Source: Octopus sinensis (taxonomy: Eukaryota). From it: DNA of 64,000 bases. Under the pieces are notes generated by a model that did not search any database, had not been told where the DNA came from, and saw only the letters and a list, made by a program, of their open reading frames with translations. The stretch spans positions 45,446,001 through 45,510,000 of the forward strand of contig NC_043001.1 of NCBI RefSeq assembly GCF_006345805.1, written 5' to 3'. This document shows, piece by piece, positions 50,188 through 64,000 of the stretch (the stretch's first letter is position 1; every line of letters starts with the position of its first letter). The position numbers were made by a program, and so were the translations under genes.

Positions 50188-51004
50188 CAGGCATACCTCA
50201 GTGTAAGTCATTCTCGATCATACATCGGTTTTCAAAAATAATATATGAAAAAATAAAAATCAAGTTAAATCATTTTTCTCGACTTTACGTCTGTCTGCCA
50301 CAAATATTGGAATTGAAAAATCAATAGAAAAACCGTAAAAAGCTCATAAAATCATGTTACTGTACAATAAATAAGAATAAAAGCATATAAAATCATATTA
50401 AAATATGCATAGTAAATGTTAAGGTGCACACCATAAAGTAGTGTAGCTTAGTGAATGAAATCATGAAATCAGCTGTGTTGTCTTATTTATCGGTCTTTCA
50501 GACCTCATATTACATTGTAGTTCCAATATCTACTGTTAGCCATCGTTGTCACTAATGATTCCAGTAACTGTTTTGAATTCAGATTTGTTTATATCTGTTT
50601 ATTGGCTATTTTCTCATTCCCATTCATTTGTGACTTTATTTTTTGCTCCCATGGCTCCTAAGACAATTCATAGTGAAAGTGCTAAGAGTCATGTTATAAA
50701 GCTGGAAAATAAGCTGGCTATGATAAAATGACATGAAAAAGGTAAAAAAGTGGTAGCAATTGCACAATCTTTAGAAATGAGACAGTCAACTGTATCAATG
50801 ATTGTACATAAGGACAAGATTTTAGCACACATGGTGTTTATTAAACATGTTTTATTAAAAATGCATTCATAAATAAAGTACAGAACTAGGAATGGTTATT
50901 ATCGGTTTAGCCTAGGACAAATAAATTCAGCCTAGCTTAGAGACAAGTTAATTCAACTGAAGTCATGTCTCCTAGAACCAATTAACGATGTAGGGTAAGG
51001 CATA
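50188..51004 (+). mobile_element. Non-autonomous Tigger/pogo-type element retaining the N-terminal CENP-B/psq HTH
   Basis: TA|CAGGCATACCTC left terminus. 50650-50830 reads MAPKTIHSESAKSHVIKLENKLAMIK*HEKGKKVVAIAQSLEMRQSTVSMIVHKDKI. The right end is degenerate. Confidence 0.7.
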
Positions 51005-51066
51005 TATATATATATATATGTCCCACCCATGCCAGTATGGAAGGTAGACATTAAACAATGATCATG

Positions 51067-51110
<44 letters not shown>

Positions 51111-51419
51111 ATATATATATACATATATAATGTTTATTCTAAAATTCTTAGCTTCTTAATGTATATACAAGAAGTTGAATATTTGAATATATCTAAATAA
51201 GATATGGTTAATATAGTGATTACACAGATGAAAAAAATGTGAGGGTTTTGGTTTTTAATTTGAATAAAATTAAATATTTCTAACCTAAGTGTAGAACACT
51301 TCAGTTTTGACAAGTTTATTGGAGGTGTGTGATAAAATTTTAACAAGGTACACAAATACACATTTGAAGTACATGTGTACTTCCAGAGGCACATGTGTGT
51401 ATCGTATGTGCATATGCAT

Positions 51420-51580
<161 letters not shown>

Positions 51581-52329
51581 GAAAGAGAAATAACTCATGG
51601 AAAGTTATCTTAGGGGTGAGGGTAGGGAAACAATTCCTGAAAACTTCCTTAGCTCAAACAAGGAGGATAAAGCTAATTCAAGAGCAACAAGCAGGAAACT
51701 AGAACCATTAATAGTTTGAAGTATAAGCAGTAAGACACTGAAAAGAACAATGCTGTTTAAAGGTGTCCAAATGATATTGGCAAATGTACAAGGTTAAGCC
51801 TGTTAGTCATTGGAAATGAGCTATATATGTTTGCACAAGCTAGCTTTTAAGGGAAGCAGGCAGAGATGCCAACTTCAAAACACACACATAAATAAAAGAA
51901 AAGAAAAATTATGAATTTAAGCATGGATATATCCTGTGGTTATAGAATTTAGTATGAAAATATGAAATTTATATTTGCAGCTGAATGTTGAAGGAAAGTT
52001 TATTTTTAAAGAATACAATGGCAGCCTTGCAAAGCCCATTAGCTGAAACCAGTAAAAGAGTTATACTATGTTTATTTTAGTTGTATCTAAATGGTATTTG
52101 AAAATGAAACATAAATTATAAAGAAATAATAATTTGGTTTATTTGGGGAGGGTTTTTTTACAACCTGAATTTGTTGGTAAGCAGTTTTCTGCTTAGAAAT
52201 TCCAAAGCACAAAATTTCAGATTTTAACTCCAGTTCTAAGAGCACGAGTGTGTGTGTCTGTGTGTTATTGACGAGGTGGCTGGTCTAAGAGGAGGAAGAG
52301 ATATGATCTATGTGAAGTATCCAATAGTG

Positions 52330-53310
52330 CCAATCTGTTTCTTGGTTGCTCTTTTCATACATGCCCACTCAGAGCTTTAGAGTCTAGACACCAGTCTTAC
52401 CCATTAACTCACAGCTTTCATTGACTTCATAAACTCCTACTCTACCTTAGAATTCATTTGTATCATCCTCACATCTCTAACTTTCTAGACCAGTCCATTT
52501 CTACTGACCATCCCAATCTTTCTACCTATGTCTTTCATAAATCTACCAACTCTCACTCCTATTTCATTTCACACCAAATCTGATATCCCCTACATACAAT
52601 TCCTCCACCTTCAAGACTGAATTTGAAGCTGTCACTGCTGCTACTACAAAATAATCTACCAGCTCCAACAATGTGGTGATCCCCTACAAGCCACTGATGC
52701 TGCTCTTCCTACTGTGCCCTTCCTACTGACTACACCCCCCACACACACACACACTTTCTGCCCTATATCTGCTGCACCACCAACTGCCTTTCCTTCCTCT
52801 TCACCCCCCATCCCCTCTATCAACTTCTCTAGCATGCCATCCTATGAAACTTCCATTTCCTTCAATCCAACCATGTCATTTTGAATATCTTCCCTGAATA
52901 CCCTTTGTCTTCCTTCAGAGATGTAACTGCAATTTGGGAGACCATCTGGGCCACAGTTTCTTCACTCTTTTAAATACCTATATGGATGCTGATTATCTTT
53001 TCAGGTCATGGATGGTTTCACTTTCAACTCTAGAAATGCCATCTATTTCAAATACAAAATTAATTGTTTAGCGTATTCTAAGAAAACTGGTAACAGGCTG
53101 GCCAATTATTTTGAGGGAACATTTGTTGGACATCCATTACATAAATAGTTATTTCTGTAGGCTTACAATTCAATTCTCCAGGCCACTCCTGCCTGCAGCC
53201 TACTGTTTGTGAGATCATACAATGCCATAGTCCTCAATTTCCAGACTTTTTTTGGCAACAACAGTTAATCTTTCATTTGCTGGCATCAGCAACCAATTTG
53301 CTTTCCTCTA
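52330..53310 (+). mobile_element. Degenerate Penelope-like retroelement (RT thumb/linker and GIY-YIG endonuclease remnants)
   Basis: Remnants NFLDQSISTDHPNLSTYVFHKSTNSHSY, IPYIQFLHL, NFHFLQSN..IFPEYPLSSFR..NLGDHL, FQVMDGFTFNSRNAIYF, KTGNRLAN.F and QQLIFH. Confidence 0.65.
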
Positions 53311-53764
53311 AAACATTACCATATACACATTGCTAAATGCCCAAACCTACATTTCACAAAACCCCTTTTCTTTACACATTCACTCATGCACACTTCACTT
53401 CCAACCCACTATCATGCTTTTCACCATACTTTTATTCTCCACTATACATACACACATTCACTCACATTGTTCACACATTCAATTCTCTGTTTGTTTCAAT
53501 GACACTGCTTATGCTTGTTATTTATATTGCACCAATTACTCACTTCCTATCTGCTATTCCAACATACTTCATTTCTGACCTAACATTGTCTTTTCTTCCT
53601 TTCCAATTTTTTTCTTCCTGTTCTCCTTTCATCTACACTGACAAAAGACAAGTGTCCAAAACGTCCATTTCTCTTTCTTTCCTTGCATTGAAATTACATT
53701 GACTTATTTTATCAGTTTCTTTTGCTGAACCACTACATAACAAGGATATAAACAAACTAAGACT

Positions 53765-53970
53765 GGTTGCTGAGTGGTGGTGGAGGGGACAAAATCACAC
53801 ACATACATACATACATATACACACACACACACACAATGAGCTTCTTTCTGTTTCCATCTGCAAATCTACTCACAAGGTTTTGGTTAGCTAGGGGCTATAA
53901 TAGAATTCTGCCCGAGGTGTCATTCAGTGAATTTAAACATGTAGTTGGAAGCAAACTTTTTACCATGCCA
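53765..53970 (-). mobile_element. SINE family A (reverse orientation, partial)
   Basis: CTTCTTTCTGTTTCCATCTGCAAATCTACTCACAAGGTTTTGG is the reverse complement of the family A core. Confidence 0.7.
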
Positions 53971-54170
53971 TAACATAACTTATTTTGTTGGTGCCCAGAA
54001 TGTAACATTTTTTACCTACATTTTTCTTGAATTATTTGAACATACAAATACTATACTTTAGCAGACTTAACACAGATTAGATTTTATATCATCATTATTG
54101 TTATGTGGGAACTATAAATAAAGCTTTAAATTTCCTCATATACAGACACTCCAATTACTAACCTGACAAA

Positions 54171-54392
54171 AATATTGGTTTCAAAATTTTGGCACTAGGC
54201 CAGCAATTTCGGGGGAGGGAGTAAATCAAATACATCAACTGCATTGTTCAACTGGTACTTATTTTATCAACCCCTAAAAGATGAAAGGGAAAGTCAACCT
54301 CCGTAGCATTTGAACTCAGAACATAAAGACAGACGAAATGTAGCTAAGCATTTTGCCCAGTATGCTAATGATTCTGCTTGCTCACCACCTTA
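54171..54392 (-). mobile_element. SINE family B (reverse orientation)
   Basis: AATATTGGTTTCAAAATTTTGGCAC...GGTACTTATTTTATCAACCCC...TTTGAACTCAGAAC...GATTCTGC. Confidence 0.85.
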
Positions 54393-56424
54393 AGCCTGAT
54401 GGAAATATTCACCATTACAAGATAAAGATAGTACCTTTTCGGTAGCAAGGAAATATCTGCACAGATGCTCAACTTACTAATAAACTAATAAGCTAACTAA
54501 AGACCCTCTAAGTGGCCCATCAACCTGCAACAAATAACACCCATATCTTCCTGAAATCACACCTTACTGCCTCAAAAAAAAAAACAAAAAAAAAACAGAA
54601 AAGAAAAAGGACAGACATACTGGATAATGTATATACAATGTCTAAATAAAAGACGGAGTATCACTGATGGAACACTTGATCTGAACTGACCCAAGTCTAA
54701 ACAACTGCAACAAGCCTGCTTAATGCTTGAAGCAAGGCTATTCTCCTTCCTAAGTGTGTGTGTGTGTGTGTATACGTATATACTATGAAGGAATCCAGTC
54801 ATAGAAGCCATGCCAAAACAGGCACTGGAGCTCAGCGCAATCTTCTGGTTCATCAGTTCCTGTCAAACCAATCTGACCCATGCCAGCATGAAAATAGCTT
54901 GTGCTATTGTAGCATTTACTTATTTACAATTTAATAAGTAGTCTTCTGTTACTTCTATTTGGCATCATCTTGGGAACAAGAAGTAAATGGATCCTGAATT
55001 ATTATATAACAATGAAACTGGTCAGTGTGATCTTCATCACAAGTTACTAAAAAAAGCTTTCCTTAGGCCTAATTTTACAGCAAATAAATAAGGATAGAAC
55101 CCCCATATATTTACTTATTCTTAACTCATGCTGTATTGGTATTCTAGTGATTTTTATCCTTACATATACTCTATTGTCTTAAGTAGAGTTTTCGCTCTAC
55201 TCAACAATTACTTTTCCTCGTGGAATATAGGGACTAAATATAGATAATTCTAAATTTAAAAAGCTCTAACTGAATGTCTAGTGCCATAAAAGATAGGCGG
55301 GAGATCGTATGAAGCTATTTGTATACAAAAAACACCAAATGATGAAGGATGCTCTTTAGGAAAATAACAAAAAAAAAAAGATATTAACAGAAGTGTATGC
55401 CTTGTCAACTTACAAAAGAGCTAGTTATTGACTCCTTGAATAGCTAGTTATTCATGAAAATTAATCTCTCCTATACACAGATATCACTAACTATATCTTG
55501 CAAAAATAAAATTAAAATATTCATTTGATTATTCACTAAAAATGAAACGGGTAAGTGGGAGTTTTACGAGATCATGTATACACAAACTTTCTAAAAGCAA
55601 AATAAAGAAAAAACAATCTGTGAAAGACTTAGCACATATAAGATTCCCAGCACCCACACAGTAGGACATCTTTCAACACATTAGTGATACTGAAGAACCT
55701 TAGGTGGGTAACAATCTACACAAAATAAATATTTGCTCTGATTAAACCATACAAGCATCCTTTCATTGGTGAGATAACAACATGCTCTCCCTCTTGTTGG
55801 GTTGTTTGGTGTACCACTAAAAACTGTCTTTATATGATGCATTCACGGAGGATACACCAGACTGATTTTCTGTTCCATTCTTAAGAGGATTTCTTCTGCT
55901 TAAAATTTAAAACTACTTTTAATCATTTATCAGTTTTAAACCATCCACATCTGTAACTGCTGTGTAATATATATCCATTGTCAAATGGACTGTAGCATTC
56001 AGAGTTTAAGGTCCTGCACGAAAAGCTAACTCATTGGCCCTTTAATAGAGTACACTCTGTTGCAAGCATTCAGGCAAAGTCTCCTATCTGAGGATAACAT
56101 CCTTCTGGCCTCCCACTTATCTTTGGATCTTGAAAGTTGGGGGTCACAGTCACTGCTTAAACTCCACTAAGACATGTAAAATAGAAAAAAGAAAAAAAGA
56201 AAAACAGATTCATGAAACAGACTGTTCTAGATTCATTTGCTTAAGAAGATGAGAAAAATAGACTTATTCATGACATAATATCATGAACAGATAAAATTAA
56301 ATGAATACTTGCATCAAATATGAACTAAAAATCTATGCAGTGGTAGTTTAGTAACCACTATACTCAACCATATTACATGAAATATTCCAATTAGAACTTA
56401 TGTTGTAATTGTTACTGGTTGTGG

Positions 56425-56429
56425 TATTA

Positions 56430-56473
<44 letters not shown>

Positions 56474-57015
56474 GAGTGAGAGAGTAGCGCATGCCATCAA
56501 AGTGACACTAGGGTAAAATATATAAAACCCAATATACCCATCATGACTATCTGTCAGATAAGGGTGCACCAGGCACATGCATCACACCCATATGTGCATG
56601 ATATGGTGATCTCATATTAAGATAAACAGTGCTTGACCTTGCAGGTGGGGCCCTGTTAGAATTTTCTTCAGGTCAAGTAGCCCATCCAGCTCAAAAGGTC
56701 CCTGAATAAAGGTTGTTAAGGATGTTGAAGGAAACACCCATGTTTCCAGAAGTGAATAATCTAAACCCCAAAGAATTTCTCTCAACACATGGCTATGATG
56801 CTCCCCCACTACTTCTGCTTGTGATCAGAGATGCACATATCATCAGCCACTAAGGGACATGTTCAACTGGTTAAGGTCAAACAACTGACAAGCAAATCTG
56901 TGATATTGAGCAGAATATTTGTTGTCGCCCATCTTTTATACCAAGATAAAACAATGTACTAATTAACACTTCCAGTCCGTTAAAATCTGAAGTCATGAGA
57001 GCCACTATCTGGTAC
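56425..57015 (-). mobile_element. ~550-bp retroposon-like interspersed repeat with (AAT)n tail
   Basis: (ATT)n tract 56425-56472 abuts GAGTGAGAGAG..GCATGCCATCAAAGTGACACT, a sequence I recognise as an abundant octopus repeat. No RT motif seen, so the class is uncertain. Confidence 0.45.
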
Positions 57016-57029
57016 TGCATTATTATTAT

Positions 57030-57242
57030 TGAGATGGCAGAATCATTAGCACACCCGGCAAAATACTTAACAGCACCTCATCCATCTTCATGCTCTGAGT
57101 CCAAATTTTACTGAGGACAACTTTTTCATCCCCTTGGGGGTGGGTCGATAAAATAAGTACCAGTTGAGCACTAGGGTCCATGCAATCAACCAACTCTCCT
57201 CCCCGAAACTGCTAAACTTGCACCAAAATTTGAAACCAATAT
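57030..57242 (+). mobile_element. SINE family B
   Basis: GGCAGAATCATTAGCAC head, GGTCGATAAAATAAGTACCAGTTGAGCACT core, AAAATTTGAAACCAATATT tail. Confidence 0.85.
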
Positions 57243-57318
57243 TTAGTGCAGTCTTTTATCTTTTAAGTTCAAGTTCCTCCTGTATGCCAGTTATACATCA
57301 AAGACTGATAAAATAAAT

Positions 57319-57555
57319 ACCTATTTCTTTACTACCCACAAGGGGCTAAACACAGAGGGGACAAGCAAGGAAAGACAAACGGATTAAGTCGATTATATCG
57401 ACCCCAGTGCGTAACTGGTACTTATTTAATCGACCCCGAAAGGATGAAAGGCAAAGTCGACCTCGGTGGAATTTGAGCTCAGAACGTAACAGCAGATGAA
57501 ATACGGCTAAGCATTTCGCCCAGCTTGCTAACGATTCTGCCAGCTCGCTGCCTTA
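57319..57555 (-). mobile_element. Young SINE family B with a distinct tail (reverse orientation)
   Basis: CpG-rich copy, read on plus: GGTACTTATTTAATCGACCCCGAAAGGATGAAAGGCAAAGTCGACCTCGG...CGATTCTGCCAGCTCGC; tail CCTATTTCTTTACTACCCACAAGGGGCTAAACAC. Confidence 0.9.
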
Positions 57556-58249
57556 ACCAGTGAAATAATAGGGGGTTATATAATAACAGGGTTTATATAC
57601 CCAACTTTTCCTCTCCCCAAAAGTTTTGGACTAGTGAGGTCAAGATTGTGCCTATTTAAGAAATAATTATTATATTATTGCTAAAAACATGTGTCATGAC
57701 TTGTTACACTTCTTGTCAGTTTTGTCAATATAAAAGGGTTTTTTTCCATCATACATTGTTTTATAGTAAAACTGACTGATAGCACAATGCACTGGTTGGC
57801 TAATTCTTCTTACCCTCATTCAGGCTAAGTCTGTGCTTTTCAAGTTTCATAAATACTGATTTAAAAATAAAATTCATTTTAATATAGCTTCCTTCACTTA
57901 TTTGTTTAATAAACCAGGAAAGGAGTCAAGAAAAAGTAAGAAATACCGGAAAGGTGGAGCAACAAAGTTAGCACCCCACCTTTACTGAAACAACAAAGAG
58001 GAGAAAAGCAGGTAATTTTCTCACTCCAGCTGTCTGTGACAGTGATGGCCTGCCAAGCCTCACCATTGCCATCACCAGTAACACCTGTTTCGCTTACATC
58101 GAAGAAGGTGTTGGCAGTATTTTGGTATCTTCAACAGATGACATCTCCAGCAGCGAAACCACCAACAACAACATCAACAACCCCTCTACCAGGACCACCA
58201 CCATAAATACCACTGCCAGTAATATGAATAATAATAAAAGCCACAAACT

Positions 58250-58830
58250 TTGCCTCAAAAAGAGATTGTTTGCACAAATAACATGACTCTGGAAAGAACA
58301 CCCTTGGCAACTGAAGGCCAAGAGCTAGGAATACAAATCTGTTATTGCTTCCCGAAGAGGACAGAAAAATCTAGATGCAGAAGTGGCTCACTGCACCCTT
58401 TCACTTTCAGGAAGCTCTATGAGTGATTGTGGAAACAGCAAAACTGTTAACAAATGCACTGAACAGTAATACTATCCAGTTAGTCATATTCTTCTGAGAC
58501 CTAACACTGTATCACTGACACATCAAAAGGCTAATGGGCTGCCACTTACACCATTTACTATCTTTAATGATTATTTCATGACAAGGACATATCTCCAATC
58601 AGATCTTGTGCAAATATGCCTTGTGTGAGTCTATTTTGCTGGAATTGCAGTTGCAGTGGGTGGAATACATGATCCATATAGAGGATACTAGTTTCCAAAA
58701 GGCTATTCTCTACAAGGAGCTGAAATGTGAAAGCCATCAAAGAAAGTGCTCAAAACTTCATCATAAGAATATCTATCACCAAACAACATTTCAATGAAGC
58801 AGATGACCTGATCAGAATTCCCTTAAGGGA
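58250..58830 (+). mobile_element. Degenerate RTE (BovB-like) LINE relic, probably internally deleted
   Basis: ORF 58606-58797, ESILLELQLQWVEYMIHIEDTSFQKAILYKELK, resembles the RTE C-terminal E..L...QLRW.GHV.RM.D.R.PK...Y.EL motif. Confidence 0.5.
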
Positions 58831-59863
58831 GACATTAAACACAATAACAAGAATAAAAGAAAGTGAAAGCTAGAGCAAGATTCTCTACAGCAACTCTGTC
58901 AATAAATATTCTGCAGTATTTACAAATATAATAATACCAGCACCTATGGTCAACATAAAAGTGCAAAGCACTGCTGATGAAGAAGATATACTTTTTCACC
59001 ATCAAGTTATACATGGTTATGAGTAACTGCTGAGATGTGAGTGTGTGTAATGATCAAGTATTATTAATCAAATTCTAACAGGTTCAGCTCGCTTTTCATC
59101 CTTCAGGGTTTAATAAAAAAAAAGAGTAGTATGTATGTGTATATGGGCACACACACATTCATATATATTAAGTGATCATTAGTTTAAGGTCATGAAACAA
59201 TAACATATGGACTGATAACCTAAATGGTGTAAGCCTGAAATGTTTTATTGCTATGCATTGTAAACCTAAAGTCTTTTAGCTGTAAAAGAAGTAAAATACA
59301 AAGTGATAATCTTTTAAAGCATTAATGAGAAAATTGAAACCAGTCTATGTACTCTAGTTACCAGAATCTGAACTGCTGCCACTATCTAAAGTAATACCTT
59401 GAAAATTTACTAGAAAAAAAAAGCATGAGTTGATAATAAATTGTCCATTTAATATAAAGATATCACATAGAAAAGAATACTGAAAACAGTCACAATAAAA
59501 CAAATCATTATAAGAAATGTTTTGTTTTGTTTTTTAATTTTTAAACATTTTATTAGGCATTATTGACAATCAAACTATGATGATTATGATTATGATGAAT
59601 GATGTAATGTTACACATATATACACCACTTAGCAGTGATCAACTACTTTTGTTAGCTGAGGCTCTAGTATTTTGCAGTTTCAGAAAGTGAAGACTGTTAG
59701 CTATGAAAGAACAGTAATGCAAAACTGTGCCAATCATGTTTTTTTATCTTCTATATATAATTAGTTTGTAAATAAAACAAAAACTGGCAACAAATATATT
59801 TGTTTAATTGCAAGGTTTCTTTGAAAACACTCCATTGAAAAATAGTAGAAAAAGAAACAGCTT

Positions 59864-59864
<1 letters not shown>

Positions 59865-59906
<42 letters not shown>
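59865..59906. repeat. (CA)n microsatellite
   Basis: Directly visible. Confidence 0.97.
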
Positions 59907-59907
<1 letters not shown>

Positions 59908-60390
59908 TGTCTAAATACAGTTTACTTCCTTCCAGTATCCAAACATTTGGTTTCAATTTAATACAATCTTGTAGACTGAATCTTGTTCCTTTAAACTTCA
60001 ATGCTAAAGAAGGCACCAAAAGAAAGAGGACAGTTGGAATGGGGTAAGGGAGCAGGATGATGAAGAAGGAAAGGAAATAATAAAAAGGAGCTGGATAGCA
60101 GGGAAGTACTGTTTAAATGGTTGTTCGGTAGGGAGGGGACAACAATAATTGAAATCACTTCCTGATTTGACTACAAGGTTCTCTACAGTAGAATAAATAG
60201 ATAAGGTGTTGATTACAGTTACTTATAAACATTACTAACTATCACCAAATTAGACATTTAGATAAACCATTGAATCCACAAGATGGTAAATAATATATTT
60301 TATCTGACATCATTAACAACAATAAATTCAAAATATTCATCAATGTGATGAATAAAACAAGCTTACTTTAATTATCTATGAAATTCAAAG

Positions 60391-60645
60391 TAGGCTATGT
60401 GGTTAAGTAACTTGCTTCCCAATCATGTGGTCTTGGCTTCAGTCCCTTTGAGCAGCACCTTACACAAGTGCCTTTTACCACAAGCTCCAGGCCAACCAAA
60501 ACCTTGTGAGTGGATTTGGTAGACTGATACTGAAAGAAGCCTGTTGTGTATATGCATGTGAATCCTTGCCTAGACCTCACACAAAGGTTGTAAATGAGCA
60601 TCAATCTCGTACAAGTGAGAGTGTTTGTTTCCAATTTAACGACTA
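60391..60645 (+). mobile_element. SINE family A head/core with the alternative CCTTG..AGAC.TCAC..GTTGTAAA tail
   Basis: GGCTATGTGGTTAAGTAACTTGCTTCCCAA head, CCTTGTGAGTGGATTTGGTAGAC core; tail matches the 30240-30310 segment. Confidence 0.75.
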
Positions 60646-61194
60646 TCTGTTCCACACTTGCAGTAGTACTTTCTCACACACAAACATATGAACTTGTATT
60701 TAGAATTTCTGATTGTACTTTACACATATTTAAAATACTCTATTCTTCTAGGGCACCTAGCTACATCTCCCTGTACATCAGTGTGCTATGATGTACCATT
60801 TGGGAAACACTGACATAACAGATCAAAAGTAAATATTCAAAGGTATTTAGTCTGACACTTAATTATTACTGCCACTCTACTGTATTTGAAGATATTAAAA
60901 GAAGTTAACATAGTCAATAATATTACCCTCAAAAATCAAATAATTTTGATTATCTTATTATAAATAGAAAATGCAAAGTTATTTGTCTACATTATCATCT
61001 GCCAAAATTGTAAGAGCAGGTATTTAAAGGAAAGAGTCATAATAAAAAAATTACAGTTGCCCAAATAGTCAAATTACTAACACTGTTTCTAGCAAGATTT
61101 TTTTTTTCTTGTTACACGTAGCTGTGACTATGTACTATGAGGAAGCTACTGCTCAATGTTAGAAACTGAAATGCATTGCTTAATTAATGGATTT

Positions 61195-61535
61195 CAGTAC
61201 CCCTGACTGGCTCTCATGCCAGTGGCATGTAAAATGCACCATCTGAACATGGGCAATGCCAGTGCCCCTTGACTAGCTCCTGTGCCAGTGTCACGTCAAA
61301 AGCACCATCCAAACGTGATTGATGCTAAGGCTGCCCAACTGGCTTTTGTGCCAGTGGTATATAAGAAGTACCCACTTCACTCTCGGGGTGGTTGGCATTA
61401 GGAAGGGCACCCAGCTGTAGAAACATTGCCAGATCAGATTGGAGCCTGGTGCAGCTGCTGGCTTTCCAGTCCTCAGTTAAACCATTCAACTCATAGCAGC
61501 ATGGAAAATGAATGTTAACAATGATGATGATGTAT
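61195..61535 (+). mobile_element. RTE-family 3'UTR fragment with tandem units and tail
   Basis: CTGACTGGCTC.C.TGCCAGTGGC units, GGTGGTTGGCATTAGGAAGGGCACCCAGCTGTAGAAAC, AATGTTAACAATGATGATGATG. Confidence 0.88.
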
Positions 61536-63289
61536 ATAAAGATAGACACATATACACAATGTGTAAGTGGGCTTCCACACTGTTGCTCTACAATTGTTAT
61601 CACATGTAGCATAAATCTAGTTGTTGGTTGAATCCTTTGAAATGATCACCCTACCTTTATTCCTTGACAAAGATGATGAAGCTCAACTTGCCCTAAATAC
61701 AGAACACAATAACCACAAGCAGTGTCCTCACAACCTAATGGGTTATGAGATTCATTCACTCATCTTGAAACAATGTTAGCATCTCAATGCCCACAACTTA
61801 GGTCATGTTGGTTCACATTTCCAGACTGGTTATTTATCAAGATATTATTAGATCTGGTGTCACCATTATTTTAATGATTTGGTGGAAACAAAATGTTCAC
61901 ACCAACCAATTGTCTGTCAAAACCATGGGATGTGTGTGACTCACCAACAGAAAACAGTGTATATTGTTTTCATTATTCAGAGAAATGTTTATCTTTGAGA
62001 AGACTTAACATACTGTTTAGTGGATGGCATGGAATGTTAAACATTTTGATTCAAACTATTGCCCCCTCAGTTCTTTTTTGTTTCAATTCAAACTTGATAA
62101 AATTAAGATATTTTCAGAAACCAAATTCAAGGAAGGGATATCAGATTAAAAACATTTATAAATTTGAAATTAAATTGTAAATTTGAATCAAACATTCAAA
62201 AATTGACTTTAAAGAAAAATGCTAAAAACTAAAATAACAGAAAATTTAAGGTTTTTTAAAATTTTTTCAAATTCAATTTTGAATTAAGTAAAAATTAGAA
62301 TTTCTGTTTTTAAAATATCTTTAATCAGGTGTCTGTGTTTAGTATGGTTTACCAATTTAAATTTCAAACTAAACAAAAATATATTGTATATAACATTGAT
62401 TTTTTACATTGTTATGAGCCTACACACTTCTAGTGGTTGGAAAACAATTTGTCGTTTTACTCAAGCCCTAAACATGACTGATATTTATTGTATTGATCTC
62501 GGGGGGATAAAAAGCAATACTAACCCAGACTAATAACTAATTTTGAACTTAGAATATAACTGAATACCATATATTCACTCAAGACTGTGCATAGGTTATA
62601 AAGTCTTTTTTTTTTCAGCTAACTATCTTTGCAATTTTATTTCCAATGTTCAAAATAAACAGTGAACAGTGTAGTTGAACCATCTGTCAAAATCATAGCT
62701 TGCTGCAGATATATGCTGTTATCTCAGTAAATCAGAAAATACTAAAAGTAGAAACCCCAATAACGCAGAGGTTAGTGTTTAATAGAGCTAAAATAACTTT
62801 AGAGAATTTTCATGTTTAGAGAACTTACAAAGGAATTCTTTCAGCATAAAACTGACAAGCTGTATGTTGCATAAGTTGTTATGTCTGGCAGTGAAATGTG
62901 TATATTATACATTCATATAGAGAAAGAAAGAAAGAATTGTGATAACATCACAGTGGTAGAATGGTTAAAATGCTGGGCTGTGCCCAAGTAGCCTGTCTAA
63001 AATTACTTATTGTTTTCATTTGATGGTTGATCATATCCAAAGTCAATCAGATATAGAAACATTTTCTGTACTAATTTAAGCAAACAAAAAGTATAAATCT
63101 AAAGAACCAGTAAACCCATGCATAAGAAAACAGAGTTGTATATCTTTCTAAGTTTGAGAAAAGCAAACAGCTCCTCAATCAGTTTTTATGGTAATTGATC
63201 AACAAAATTGTCTTCTCCAAATTATAAAGTAACCAAATATTCCACAGACATTCATACTTTCAATAAGATCCTCAGGCAGTCTGATAGCT

Positions 63290-63480
63290 TGTGTGTGACA
63301 AGGCCAGGCCCTTTGAATTACAGATGCAGTCTATTCAACAGGCTTCTACCAGTTCTGTCTACTTTTATTCACAGGTATTGAGACAAGAGACGTTTGCCCA
63401 ATGTGCCATGCATTCAAAGTTGAATCCAGAACATCATGAACGTGAACAGAACTTATTAACCATTCAGCTACGGCTGGCCT
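63290..63480 (-). mobile_element. tRNA-SINE, family A-related, with a third tail type
   Basis: Minus strand: GCCGTAGCTGAATGGTTAATAAG head, GGCACATTGGGCAAACGTCTC core, GTAGACAGAACTGGTAGAAGCCTG, tail TAATTCAAAGGGCCTGGCCTTGTCACAC. Confidence 0.6.
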
Positions 63481-63525
<45 letters not shown>

Positions 63526-63584
63526 CACATGTGTGCGCGCGCGCGCACACACACACACACACCACACACACAAATATATACATG

Positions 63585-63760
63585 CACGTAAAAAGCACCC
63601 ACTACACTCGCGGAGTGGTTGGCGTTAGGAAGGGCATCCAGCTGTAGAAACACTGCCAGACCAGACTGGAGCCTGGGGCAGCCCCTGGCACCCCAGACCC
63701 CGGTCGAAACCGTCCAACCCGTGCTAGCGCGGAAAACGGACGTTAAACGATGATGATGAT
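63585..63760 (+). mobile_element. Young short RTE-family 3' copy
   Basis: CACGTAAAAAGCACCCACTACACTCGCGGAGTGGTTGGCGTTAGGAAGGGCATCCAGC...GGACGTTAAACGATGATGATGAT; CpGs retained. Confidence 0.92.
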
Positions 63761-64000
63761 AAATATATATATAGATATACACACATATACATGCATACAA
63801 ACACACATGTATACACATATCCACACATGCACATATAAATTGTTTCCAGAATTCTCGGAAGGATCATAAGATAAATGTTATCTTCAGATATAATAATGTA
63901 GTCCTAGTTACACAATACTCAAAAAAAAGGATGGGATGGTCACTGTAGAAATGTCTTTGATTATGTCAACTGAGGTAAGGCAGACCAGGTGCTAACAACA

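Noticed and set aside
63528-63562. (TG)n(CG)n(CA)n self-complementary tract with Z-DNA potential
   Set aside because: An ordinary compound microsatellite junction with no evidence of function.

Overview
AT-rich, CpG-depleted eukaryotic genomic DNA. The repeat complement (tRNA-derived SINEs, RTE/CR1/Penelope retroelements, Tc1-mariner and pogo relics, dense microsatellites) is what I recognise from coleoid cephalopods, most likely Octopus; this is recognition from memory, not a database result. I found no intact long ORF, CRISPR array or prokaryotic system. Nearly all ORFs in the supplied track are translations of microsatellites or decayed transposons. Well-supported features are: a full-length 120-nt 5S rRNA copy (probably a pseudogene) wedged between two SINEs; a 2.3-kb 5'-truncated RTE-clade LINE with RT remnants and a PHD-like finger, plus many shorter 3' copies; an internally deleted mariner with TIRs; Tc1, pogo/Tigger, CR1 and Penelope relics; a TTAA MITE; and about 20 SINE copies. 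The most unusual structure is a ~1-kb fold-back (12362-13406) whose diverged ~330-bp arms contain a perfect 41-bp core. Several short splice-site-bounded segments on the minus strand may be exons of an unidentified host gene, but I cannot name the protein and these calls are low confidence. I did not find convincing evidence of a previously undescribed biological system.
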